Assembly (NCBI GenBank): GCA_002269645.1
Contig: NIVC01000291.1
Location: 682,001-746,000 of the forward strand
Direction of reading: 5' to 3'
DNA: 64,000 nucleotides
DNA from: Macrostomum lignano
Lineage: Eukaryota
Every line of letters starts with the position of its first letter. Within the stretch, counting starts at the first letter, position 1. The translations under genes were made by a program, and so were the position numbers. Positions 1-27,161 of this stretch are shown piece by piece. Below the pieces are notes generated by a model, which worked only from the letters and a program-made list of their open reading frames with translations, had not been told where the DNA came from and did not search any database.

Positions 1-390
1 GGCTACCTCGCCAGGCACTGCTTCCTCCGAGGCGACCTCGAGAGCGAAATTTGCCCCTTCTGCGAGTGCGACAATGAAGATGCTCAGCATTTTGTCTGTC
101 ACTGCCCTTTCTTTAACAGAGACCGGCTACGCTACCTCGGGCCGAACCCGTCCATTGACGAGGTCTGCCAGCCCGACAGCATCCCACGGCTCATCCAGTT
201 CCTTCGGGCGACTAGACGAGCCAGTTTCTTCCCAACGGAAGATCACGCTGCAGGACGGACCGGCGGACCACCCTGACCGGCCCCACGCCTCTGCCTGTCT
301 GCGGGCCTTCAGGGGCTAGCGGAATGGGCGACCCTCGCTTCCCCGCTGTGTCTACGGACCACCCTGCAGCTAAGTCAAGTAAGTCAAGTA
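1..390 (+). mobile_element. 3' end of a non-LTR retrotransposon (LINE, I/R1-like): ORF2 C-terminal CCHC zinc knuckle, 3' UTR and short-repeat tail
   Basis: Frame 1 from base 1 reads GYLARHCFLRGDLESEICPFCECDNEDAQHFVCHCPFFNRDRLRYLG...LIQFLRATRR, with the stop at 274-276. This has the CxxC-x7-H-x4-C knuckle typical of LINE ORF2 ends. It is followed by a GC-rich UTR and a (TAAGTCAAG)x2 tail ending at about 390. The ORF track missed it because it has no start codon. Confidence 0.8.
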
Positions 391-1310
391 CCCCGGTGGG
401 TCTGTCAGTTTGCTGAGTCCTGTAACCCTTGTGGATCTGTCAGTTTGCTGAGTCCTGTACCCCGGTGGGTCTGTCAGTTTGCTGAGTCCTGTACCCTTGT
501 GGATCTGTCAGTTGCTGAGTCCTGTACCCTTGTGGATCTGTCAGTTGCTGGGTCCTGTACCCTTGTGGATCTGTCAGTTGCTGAGTCCTGTACCCTTGTG
601 GATCTGTCAGTTGCTGAGTCCTGTACCCTTATGGATCTGTCAGTTGCTGAGTCCTGCACCCTTGTGGATCTGTCAGTTGCTGAGTCCTGTACCCTTGTGG
701 ATCTGTCAGTTGCTGAGTCCTGCACCCCAGTGGATCTGTCAGTTGCTGAGTCCTGTACCCTTGTGGATCTGTCAGTTGCTGAGTCCTGCACCCCAGTGGA
801 TCTGTCAGTTGCTGAGTCCTGCACCCCAGTGGATCTGTCAGTTGCTGAGTCCTGTACCCTTGTGGATCTGTCAGTTGCTGAGTCCTGCACCCCAGTGGAT
901 CTGTCAGTTGCTGAGTCCTGCACCCCAGTGGATCTGTCAGTTGCTGAGTCCTGTACCCTTGTGGATCTGTCAGTTGCTGAGTCCTGCACCCCAGTGGATC
1001 TGTCAGTTGCTGAGTCCTGCACCCCAGTGGATCTGTCAGTTGCTGAGTCCTGTACCCTTGTGGATCTGTCAGTTGCTGAGTCCTGCACCCCAGTGGATCT
1101 GTCAGTTGCTGAGTCCTGCACCCCAGTGGATCTGTCAGTTGCTGAGTCCTGTACCCTTGTGGATCTGTCAGTTGCTGAGTCCTGCACCCCAGTGGATCTG
1201 TCAGTTGCTGAGTCCTGCACCCCAGTGGATCTGTCAGTTGCTGAGTCCTGCACCCCAGTGGATCTGTCAGTTGCTGAGTCCTGCACCCCAGTGGATCCGT
1301 CAGTTGCTGG
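391..1310. repeat. 33-bp minisatellite (GTGGATCTGTCAGTTGCTGAGTCCTG[T/C]ACCC[TT/CA]), ~28 copies
   Basis: Direct tandem repeats. The 11-aa periodicity in all overlapping ORFs confirms a 33-bp unit. Confidence 0.95.
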
Positions 1311-4300
1311 GCAATCGGTATTGGCATGGAGAACTGCTTGGCACGCGAAGAAAATTAGCAGGCTGGAAACCTCTGAACCAGGCGGGTGGAGGCGGCAGTG
1401 CTGCAGTCAGTAATTGCTGCAGCGAAGACTTCCTCTAAGCGGCTTCGCATCTCCCCATTTCTTCGCATCCATGCCGAGCCTGCGGCACTCAGTCAGGCCC
1501 GCTGCGCATCCGAGGCTCTCCCTTCATTATTGCTTTTTTGCGAAGGCTTGTGCAAGAAATCATTTTGTTTCTTGGCTTTCTTCTAACCTCCGCCGGGCAA
1601 TCTTTCTCTTCTGGAAATAATAATTGATGACTCAGTCGCGGCTTCAATTATTGCTGCGCGGCAGTGCGCTGGGCCGTTGTATTTTTCTTTGCGAAAGCGG
1701 CCATTTCTGGCGCAGTGGTACAGCCGCGCTCGTAGCCGTGAGTGCAGTTGTAATTCTGATTGAATCTGCAACTTGTAAGCGGCATGGACCAATGCCGTCA
1801 CGGGTTCTTCGTGTCTTCACTGGGCTCTGTTCTCGTTAGGGATCTTTGGTCTCAGTTTATAGTCTGCTGATCTAAATTTGACTGGGTCTGGGTGCGCTTG
1901 AACTGTGGATTGGAAATTTCTAGGACAGAAGCGACACTATGTCCTAGAAGCTGCACTAAGCGACTCAGCTTTGCAAAGTACTCTGTCTCCAGTGTCTCGT
2001 AAATTCCAGCTCAAAAGCAGCCTTTTGTGTTCTGATTGATTTTGCTACTCGCCCATGTTCATTGCATTCCAGCCAGCCTCACTTTAAACTGGGTGCCCGA
2101 CTGGTCCCGAGATGATGGAGCCTGGGCGATTTGGTAGTGAGGCCCTAGATCATTGATTTTGGGTTTTCTAAATAGCAAAGACAAAAGACTATTTTTTTAA
2201 AATGTTGTGGTGACGAACGAGCAGTACTTGCAGTGGAAGTTGATACTTTTGTTGTATAGTTGTTGTTGATCATGTTTTTTGATAATAGTGTTTTTGTTGT
2301 TGTCGTCCTCGTAGCTGTCGTTGGTCATTAACTTTGTAAGAAATCATAGCGGCTTTCTGGATCTTCGCAAGGCTGCTACTGAAATCAATGCAATGATATC
2401 AAGCGGGTTCTGTATAAATTCCGATGAATTTCTCAGTTGTCATCAGCCAAGTATGGACCCTCTGCAGCATCTACACAAAAAGTAAAATTTGTAGTTTTGT
2501 TTGAACATTACGGAATAAAACGCTGGTTGTGTATCCGTTAAGCTTAATGGAATGGCAGCAGCTGCCAGTTCGAATCTCCGATGCCAGCCATCGGTGCGAG
2601 CACACCGCTACAGCTGCACACCCGGAAAGCGGCAGGTGACCCATAAGTACCTTTAAAGCTGCCGAAGCAAGAGGAATTCGAACTGCACACGCAGTTGCGG
2701 CGCATTTTGTCTTGAAATTCTTTCCCAGCTTCTCAATGCGGCGCGGCGCCAGGTGCGCAGTTTAAAATCGGTCATGGCGTCGATAAAAATGCAATGCCGC
2801 TTCTCTCAAAAGAGTTGCAGTTTTAAATTTTCTTTTCTGACAAAGTAAACGGGCGTCGCAAAGGCCGCGTTTTATGCTGCAAAAGTTAACCAGCCCGTTG
2901 AATGAAAGGTGCTCTCGTGTTCTTTATCTAACATGCATGCATATAGGACATACATGTAGAATTCGGATGTCTGGCAGAGCTTCATATCGAAGCTAAAATT
3001 GTCACGATCTCGAACAGCGCATCAAAAGCCAACGTTCAAGCATGCTTTATTGCTAGAAACAATATTTGTGTTAGAATGGATTTACAGACCATATATAGAG
3101 ATGTTTTAACTTGGCATTCATGCCGCGATGCGATGCACTTCGGAGTGAAAGCTGTTGAAAAACTGATGTTTATATTTCAATGCTTCTAGGTCTTAAAAAT
3201 TAATAACTGCAAAAATAAAGCTGAAATCATTATTAAAGCGGAAAAACTCGGCAATTAACGTACAATTTGCATTATTGTCGTACTGCATGTTTTTATTAGT
3301 TCAAATACAATACTCTATACATCTATGAACTCCTTGGATAAATGTATAGTGGGATGTTCACATGGCTGTCATGTCAAGAGCAATGATCGAGGGCATAGAA
3401 ATGTACTTTGCATATACAAAGCACACATGCACGGTATGCGAAATACATGTACATGTATACATGCAGCTACAGGAAATCTTGCATCTACAGTATGGTCGGC
3501 ATCCTTTTTCACACCAAAATTAGTGTTTTGATTATCTCACGCCCATTCGAGCGCCGCGCGTGCTAATCCAACAAAAATTGACCCTAGCACATGTACATGA
3601 ATTATACCGTACGTGTACATGTTCATGCAATCATGCATATATGTTGCATATATGTATACCATACGCGTACATCATGTGTACATGCAGGACAATTCTCAAA
3701 AAATGATGAAATTGAAATTTGAACATGTTGCAGACCGAATAAAACTAAGTCTTGGACTAGGACCATAGTGCTTGTATCTGCGACCTCTCGGTTTCTACCT
3801 ACTACATGTATTTATGCTTCTTCACATGAGAGTGTACTATACATGTACCGCGTAAAATCGCAAGCCAAAGGGAATCTGACGAAAATAGATTCCACTGAAT
3901 GAAAACCCCGGTGCATATCGCCAGTAAAGTGATGTGTTTGGGAGTCGTTTTTAAATCGTTGGTTCGTTACTCGTATATTTGTTGAAATAAAGCAAGAGCT
4001 CGTCAATCGTTTCGCGCTTGTTCCTATCTATCTTGCCGCTCGTACGCAGTTTATCAATTGAGGGCCTGTAAGCCAAGCGTTTACCCATAAACTAATACGT
4101 GGCTGCTCGCAGCCACACATCATAAAGGCTACTAAAAAGCTAAAAAATTTTATCGGAGACTCTGGGTAAATGTTTGTTTAATACTGAATTAAAACCAGCT
4201 AATATGTACGGATGTGCGCGAAGGTTCAGCCATGAAGCAAAGCTACAAATAATTCTTTCTGCTTGGTCAGACACAGGAATAAATATCGAGCTTATTTAAA

Positions 4301-4909
4301 AATAAACAGGTGAATACCAATGCTGACAAGTTTCAAAAAATACAAAATTACTAAAGTTTATGTTATACTGTCTTACAATGATTTTTAAATTCACCGAATT
4401 TTTTAATAATTTATCGATGAAAACATTTTTGAAAAGATCAGCGGATCTTTACAGTGATCGTGCGAGCTTGTTAGGTATTAAACTTGATCTAAAGTTTATT
4501 CAGTTTTATTAATTCTTCTGCACTTTGCTAGTCGTCTTTTTGTAGACCTAGTCGAAGCAAGTAAATAGTTTTCTGCCTTTAAACTTAACAAAAAACATTT
4601 GAGAAACAATTTGAAACTCGAGCCATCAAGGTTTATATTATTATATACTTTGAAGTGCATTTTGTCGCAGATTAAAAAACGATTTATTGATTTTAAGTCA
4701 TAAAAACACTTTTTTTTACTGTAAGTCCATTGATTGTTGCATAGCAGTCACCCAAAACAGGAAATTATAAATTGACATTGGCATTAAGCATTTGGCACTA
4801 ACTTGCTTGGTGGCTGGTGCTAATTCTAAACTTCATTACAAGGCTAAGCCTAAAGCCAAGGAAGCATACCGTCCCATTTCTCTAACAACTAAATATCACA
4901 ATAACTGCT

Positions 4910-13861
<8,952 letters not shown>

Positions 13862-14745
13862 ACAAACTCGAGGCCAGCGTCATTTATTCAGCAGAGCGCA
13901 GTGTGATTGCGGACACAGAGCACCTTGCAATTTCTAATTCAGTTAACAGAGGAATTGCTGGAATTTGGCCGTCATTCCCCATAAATTAATTCATATAATT
14001 GTAATTTAGTACTCGCTGATTGTCTCCGCTATTTTGTCCTTAACTTAGTTGAAAATCTTATTTTTTGACAACATAGCGCTACTTGCCTACTGTTAGTAAC
14101 TTGATTGCGTTGGAATAGAATTTTTATATTCAAACTTATTATATAAGCCAGCCAAATGATTGCGCGCACAAGCTGTATTCGCTGCACAATATTGTACCCG
14201 ATGTGTGCCGTACACGAGTACTGAAGCATGTAACCAGAGCGGTCTGTCCCGATTCCAAATGCCCTTGCTGCTCTACTGTTAGTAAGATTACAAGGTCTGA
14301 TACATTATTCTATAATATCAGCAACCATTTTGTTACAAATTTCGCTATTAATCGCATATTCCTACTCATAGTAGCGCAGGTCAGTTTGGGCAGTTTGGGG
14401 CCTGTTTTGCTTACTGAGCACCCAACCTCTCGCTGAAGTTTGCTTTCATTACTACTATAAGGCCTTTGATTGTCCATGAAGCAGGTCACAAAGATCAATT
14501 ATTAATATTAATTAGTTGCATCTACATAATGAGCCTCTGAGCTGTTTAGTCTGGTGCCAGCACTGCAGTAACAAATTAGTAGCAAAATTTATTCTGAGAC
14601 TCAATATATGCTTTATTATTCTGCTCTGATTGCCCAGTGATTTTCTCTCTTATTATTTGCTTAGGAAAATCAGTCAGATTGCGCAATAAATATATAAAGT
14701 GCATTGCCAACGCCCATGTAATGCCAACCAGTCTGGGTCGCTCCC

Positions 14746-14822
14746 GTTGCCATGGCGTTGCTTAGCCTCGTTGATTGGCGCCCCGCAACGGCATAGTTGC
14801 TAAAATTTGTTGCTATGGCTAC
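14746..14822 (+). promoter_or_regulatory. Cluster of RFX X-box-like sites plus an inverted CCAAT box, upstream of the NACHT gene
   Basis: GTTGCCATGGCGTT (14746) and GTTGCTATGGCTAC (14809), further GTTGC/GCAAC half-sites at 14757, 14785 and 14796, and TGATTGG at about 14772. Confidence 0.45.
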
Positions 14823-14942
14823 TGCATTGTGTCTGTTTACATTATTTGTGGTACAGGATATTAACTATGCACTGGGGTACCGAAATTATGTGCATTTTTG
14901 TACAATTAATTTCCACTGCAGTTTTTTTCAAATTCTTTCAAT

Positions 14943-15752
14943 AAGTGACTGCTGGACTTGGAGCCTCACCTTCAGGTGCATGTAGGAAGTCAACAAGTGA
15001 CTGGGCTTGGCGCCTCACCTTCAGGTGCATGTAGGAAGTCGATAAGTGACTGGGCTTGGCGCCTCACCTTCAGGTGCATGTAGGAAGTCAACAAGTGACT
15101 GGGCTTGGCGCCTCACCTTCAGGTGCATGTAGGAAGTCAACAAGTGACTGGGCTTGGCGCCTCACCTTCAGGTGCGTGTAGGAAGTCGATTAGTGACTGG
15201 GCTTGGCGCCTCACCTTCAGGTGCATGTAGGAAGTCGATTAGTGACTGGGCTTGGCGCCTCACCTTCAGGTGCATGTAGGAAGTCGATTAGTGACTGGGC
15301 TTGGCGCCTCACCTTCAGGTGCATGTAGGAAGTCGATTAGTGACTGGGCTTGGCGCCTCACCTTCAGGTGCATGTAGGAAGTCGATTAGTGACTGGGCTT
15401 GGCGCCTCACCTTCAGGTGCATGTAGGAAGTCGATTAGTGACTGGGCTTGGCGCCTCACCTTCAGGTGCATTTAGGAAGTCAACAAGTGACTGGGCTTGG
15501 CGCCTCACCTTCAGGTGCATGTAGGAAGTCGATTAGTGACTGGGCTTGGCGCCTCACCTTCAGGTGCATGTAGGAAGTCGATTAGTGACTGGGCTTGGCG
15601 CCTCACCTTCAGGTGCATGTAGGAAGTCGATTAGTGACTGGGCTTGGCGCCTCACCTTCAGGTGCATGTAGGAAGTCAACAAGTGACTGGACTTGGCGCC
15701 TCACCTTCAGGTGCATGTAGGAAGTCGATTAGTGACTGGACTTGGCACCTCA
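14943..15752. repeat. 49-bp minisatellite, ~16 copies
   Basis: Unit AGTGACTGGGCTTGGCGCCTCACCTTCAGGTGCATGTAGGAAGTC(AACA/GATT), with no spacers. Confidence 0.95.
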
Positions 15753-15890
15753 AATTTCAATATTCTTCAGCTGAGGACGCAACATGAGGAGGCTTCAACC
15801 TTCAAGCAATTTGATGGTTTGCAGAAATTAGCCGGTCTGTGTTAATGAATGAACAATCCAGCTCCATGTACGTAAGTTATAAAAGGATAG

Positions 15891-16118
15891 ATAGAATCCT
15901 AATTTTCCAAACGAAAACCATTATAAACAGAGCTATACGAAAGCTTAGAAAGGCAAGTCATGTCAATAGATCACTGGGTCTGCCTACTATAAAAAAACAA
16001 TAACAGTTTTTGTGCTGAAAAATCTCCGTAATGTAGTTTTTGGTAAAACTTGCCTCCTAAATTTTTTTCACGAAATGTAGTTTCTCGTCCTTTCACTTGA
16101 GTTATTGAGTAGTCCTTG
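15891..16118. mobile_element. Diverged solo arm related to the fold-back MITE at 57310-58005
   Basis: Shares ordered blocks with the MITE right arm (ATAGAATCCTAATTTTC, CACTGG.TCTGCCT.CTAT, CAATAACA.TTTTTGTGCTGAAAAA, TTTC.CGTCCTT) and ends in GTCCTTG. Confidence 0.65.
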
Positions 16119-16557
16119 GAGCGTACCTGCATGCTTGAAGAAGTCCTTGTGCTTACGCTAAATCATTCTTGCTTGTCTCTCAATTGCCAGAGGACAGTGG
16201 AGAGAGAAATATTGCACTGTACTTCTCTGCCCCCACCTAGTCTAATAAACATTCTTTGACGGGGAATGAGATTGGGGTGGTGGGCTGCACAGGCTATGTC
16301 TTGCTTTATCTGGGTGTACTCGTACTGTGGGGCATGTACGCATAGCTCTCTACCCCTCTGTGGCCCAGTGTACACCGGCCCCGTTCTGCCCTGCCCAACC
16401 CCTAATAGTCCGCGCTGCGGCGGCCAGATGCTTTCAGTCAGGCATAGCGTGGGAGAAAAATAAAGAAGCGCCAGTCTTCGTGCTCTCAGACGACAGACAC
16501 TGGCCAACCAGTTGTGCATTGGCGGCTGTGGCTGTTGAAGCCGCTGTCTGCACAATA

Positions 16558-23556
<6,999 letters not shown>

Positions 23557-24170
23557 CCAGCAATGCGGGGCGCCTTCGTGCTCTTTTAGTCGCTTCATTC
23601 GCCACGTGCCCAGGCCTGTCACCTCAGACAGCCAGCTTCGACTTTGATTTTGGATTTTGACTGTACACAACTCTATCTGCTGTATGATAGCAAATCTTTC
23701 TGCCCGTTTTATTCTGTTAAGTACTAGTTTCTATTAATTAGCTCGTAGTAATGAAATTCAGCCAACTGTCACCTGGAGCATTCCACAGTCTGCCAAGCAT
23801 AGAGTTTAAACTGCTCACCCAGAGGGAGTTCCAATGAACTCCTCACACTACTTATGTAAGATCTCCCGTCCTTTCTGGGACTGTGCGAAAGATATCAACA
23901 CATTTTGAATACGAATATGATACCAATTTCTGCCTAAAGTTGGCTAATTGAAATTTTATGCATTATACTCGTATGAATATATGAGCCGTGATCTGTGAGC
24001 CGTTTTGCGTATATGTAATTGGGAGTAAAAAACGTTTTGCGTTTAAAGCTACTCGTTGGGTGAAGAATGGGAACAGTAGTACGAGCGTATGTGTAAATCT
24101 GGTGTAGTCTCGGTATTTGAGACCATTAAGGAAGGCAATAAGAAATGTGCACGCTTCCTTAACTTCAATT

Positions 24171-25238
24171 TACTATAGCATTTTGCAAGCTAGTGGAGAC
24201 TACGAGCAAGTAATTTAATCCAAGATAGCAAAAAGACATGCATTTTGAGCCTCACTGCTATTTGCCTATGATAAAAAGTGTGTCAAACCGGCAAGCAATT
24301 TAATCCAAGATAGCAAAAACACATGCATTTTGAGCCTCACTGCTAGTTGCCTTATGATAAAAAGTGTGTCAAACCGGCAAGCAATTTAATCCAAGATAGC
24401 AAAAACACATGCATTTTGAGCCTCACTGCTAGTTGCCTTATGATAAAAAGTGTGTCAAACCGGCAAGCAATTTAATCCAAGATAGCAAAAACACATGCAT
24501 TTTGAGCCTCACTGCTATTTGCCTATGATAAAAAGTGTGTCAAACCGGCAAGCAATTTAATCCAAGATAGCAAAAACACATGCATTTTGAGCCTCACTGC
24601 TATTTGCCTTATGATAAAAAGTGTGTCAAACCGGCAAGCATAATCACCTCCCAGCGATGCAGTCTGTTCGAATTCTTGCCTGCGTGCTAAGTTGGCAATG
24701 CTTCTGTTGTTATCGCCTCTGTCGATAGCGCCGATTATCAATCTATGCTTTTCGTCGCTAATCTTAGCATACTGCACAGGTGGCGCTCCGGCATCTTCGG
24801 CAGCGATTCTGTCGATGTCTTCAAAAATTGGTGCTGGCTTGGTCACTTTCGTCTGACATGTTGAAAGAACTGAGAGTGGAACGGCATGGACAGCGCTGTT
24901 TATGGATTTCAGTGCTTCAATGAGTGCTCCAAGGATTACATTGCTTGCCGGTTTGACACACTTTTTACCATAGACAACTAGCAGTGAGGCTCAAAATGCA
25001 TGTGTTTTTGCTATCTTGGATTAAATTGCCTGCCGGTTTGACACACTTTTTATCATAGACAAATAGCAGTGAGGCTCAAAATGCATGTGTTTTTGCTATC
25101 TTGGATTAAATTGCCTGCCGGTTTGACACACTTTTTATCATAGACAAATAGCAGTGAGGCTCAAAATGCATGTGTTTTTGCTATCTTGGATTAAATTGCT
25201 TGCTCGTAGTCTCTACTAGCTTGCAAAATGCTATAGTG
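24171..25238. mobile_element. Non-autonomous fold-back DNA transposon with inverted subterminal 85-86-bp tandem arrays (5 left, 3 right) and an internal HTH remnant
   Basis: The terminal ACTATAGCATTTTGCAAGCTAGT.GAGACTACGAGCAAG is inverted at both ends. The internal - strand reads YAKISDEKHRLIIGAIDRGDNNRSIANL, resembling a Tc1/IS630-type N-terminal HTH. Confidence 0.8.
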
Positions 25239-25295
25239 TTTCGGTACATGTTTATTGAAAACAATAGGTTTTGTAGCTTACATGTACATGTATAA

Positions 25296-25465
25296 TAACC
25301 GTTGGACTCACGACTGAGGTCGGGGTTTCGATTCCTGATCCCACTGGAACAAATTTTGTCCTTGAGCAAGGCACTTAACTCTGCATTGCTTCAGTTCACC
25401 CAGCTTTAAAATTGGTTGCCAGCATTAGCTGGGGTAACTGAGGGTGTGGTGACCCCCCAGTCCTT
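25296..25465 (+). mobile_element. tRNA-derived SINE fragment with a CORE-like central motif
   Basis: B-box-like GTTTCGATTCC (25325), then TGTCCTTGAGCAAGGCACTTAACT and CTTCAGTTCACCCAGCT, a layout typical of conserved-core SINEs. No complete tRNA cloverleaf. Confidence 0.55.
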
Positions 25466-25877
25466 GGACTGAACAGCCGTAATGCAGCCTTCCGCCCTTC
25501 GCAGATGCGCCGCGAAAAAGCTGCGGTTTTGAGCTGTCGGTTGCACATCTGCATATTAGGGCAGGTGTTCACTGCACTTTGGACTGCCCGGGCTGCCTGC
25601 CTGCCCTGCCGGGGTCTGGGCCTCGGCTCAGCCTGGTGGGCGTGGCGAAACATCTGCTTTATTGCTTTCATCGATTTCTGTTAGGTTGTCCTGGTGAGAG
25701 TAAAAATTCAGTACATCACGCATGTAAATGTAAGCTAAACACTTCTCCGAGGTATAATATACCGACACAGTGATTGCTCGGTTCCTCATTTCCCCGTTGT
25801 CTCCATTTAATGAACTAGAGATACATGGGGAACTCAAAGTTATGCCCCGCAGGGGCGTAGCAAAGAGGGCATCATCA

Positions 25878-26880
25878 GGGCAGCAAGAGGGCAGGCAACA
25901 AGAGGGCAGCAAGAGGGCAGGCAACAAGAGGGCAGCAAGAAGGCAGGCAACAAGAGGACAGCAAGAGGGCAGCAAGAGAGCAACAAGAGGGCAGCAAGAG
26001 GGCAGCAAGAGGGCAGCAAGAGGGCAGCAAGAGGGCAGCAAGAGGGCAGCAAGAGGGCAGACAGCAAGAGGGCAGCAAGAGGGCAGCAAGAGGGCAGCAA
26101 GAGGGCAGGCAGCAAGAAGGCAGGCAGCAAGAGGGCAGCAAGAGGGCAGCAAGAGGGCAACAAGAGAGCAACAAGAGGGCAGCAAGAGGGCAGCAAGAGG
26201 GCAACAAGAGAGCAACAAGAGGGCAGCAAGAGGGCAGCAAGAGGGCAGCAAGAGGGCAGCAAGAGGGCAGCAAGAGGGCAACAAGAGCAACAAGAGGGCA
26301 GCAAGAGGGCAGCAAGAGGGCAACAAGAGAGCAACAAGAGGGCAGCAAGAGGGCAGCAAGAGGGCAGCAAGAGGGCAGCAAGAGGGCAGCAAGAGGGCAG
26401 CAAGAGGGCAGCAAGAGGGCAGACAGCAAGAGGGCAGCAAGAGGGCAGCAAGAGGGCAGCAAGAGGGCAGGCAGCAAGAAGGCAGGCAGCAAGAGGGCAG
26501 CAAGAGGGCAGCAAGAGGGCAACAAGAGAGCAACAAGAGGGCAGCAAGAGGGCAGCAAGAGGGCAACAAGAGAGCAACAAGAGGGCAGCAAGAGGGCAGC
26601 AAGAGGGCAGCAAGAGGGCAGCAAGAGGGCAGCAAGAGGGCAGCAAGAGGGCAGCAAGAGGGCAGACAGCAAGAGGGCAGCAAGAGGGCAGCAAGAGGGC
26701 AGCAAGAGGGCAGGCAGCAAGAAGGCAGGCAGCAAGAGGGCAGCAAGAGGGCAGCAAGAGGGCAACAAGAGAGCAACAAGAGGGCAGCAAGAGGGCAGCA
26801 AGAGGGCAACAAGAGAGCAACAAGAGGGCAGCAAGAGGGCAGCAAGAGGGCAGCAAGAGGGCAGCAAGAGGGCAGCAAGA
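25878..26880. repeat. 11-bp minisatellite (GCAAGAGGGCA)n with higher-order variants, ~1 kb
   Basis: Direct tandem repeats, which explain the four long ORFs overlapping this interval. Confidence 0.95.
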
Positions 26881-27161
26881 AGACACAAGTGCCCCAATAG
26901 GCTAGCAAAAACTGCATGTTTGCTATTGAATGACAGCATTTGGCAGCTGATGAAGATAAACAATGATAAGATAACCAAAACAATTTTGGAGCAGATATTA
27001 GACATATTCAAGCGGGTTGCTACGATGCATTCTAACAACTACATGTAAACATAAGCTGTTACATACAATTCAGAGCACGAATTCCACATAACCCAGAAAC
27101 CTGGTTGAGGCACAAGTGAAACATTTCATGTACTTAGGATACAAAAGGTCAGTGACTTTCA

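Noticed and set aside
445-1438. Long ORFs (232-322 aa) over the 33-bp array
   Set aside because: They are open in several frames on both strands only because the unit lacks stops. There is no splice context or non-repetitive domain.
1800-2150. Possible LTR-retrotransposon integrase tail (GDRVL-like, RHWRQ) on the - strand
   Set aside because: The motifs fall in different frames with stops and are too short to support a call.
14943-15752. CRISPR-like array (also the 54-bp array at 60675 and the 86-bp array at 24212)
   Set aside because: Head-to-tail repeats with no unique spacers, no cas genes, and a eukaryotic intron context.
25296-25345. Functional tRNA gene
   Set aside because: Only a B-box/T-arm-like part is present. 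There is no A-box or acceptor stem, and it continues into a SINE-like core.
25628-27038. Four 348-451-aa ORFs
   Set aside because: All derive from the 11-bp minisatellite.
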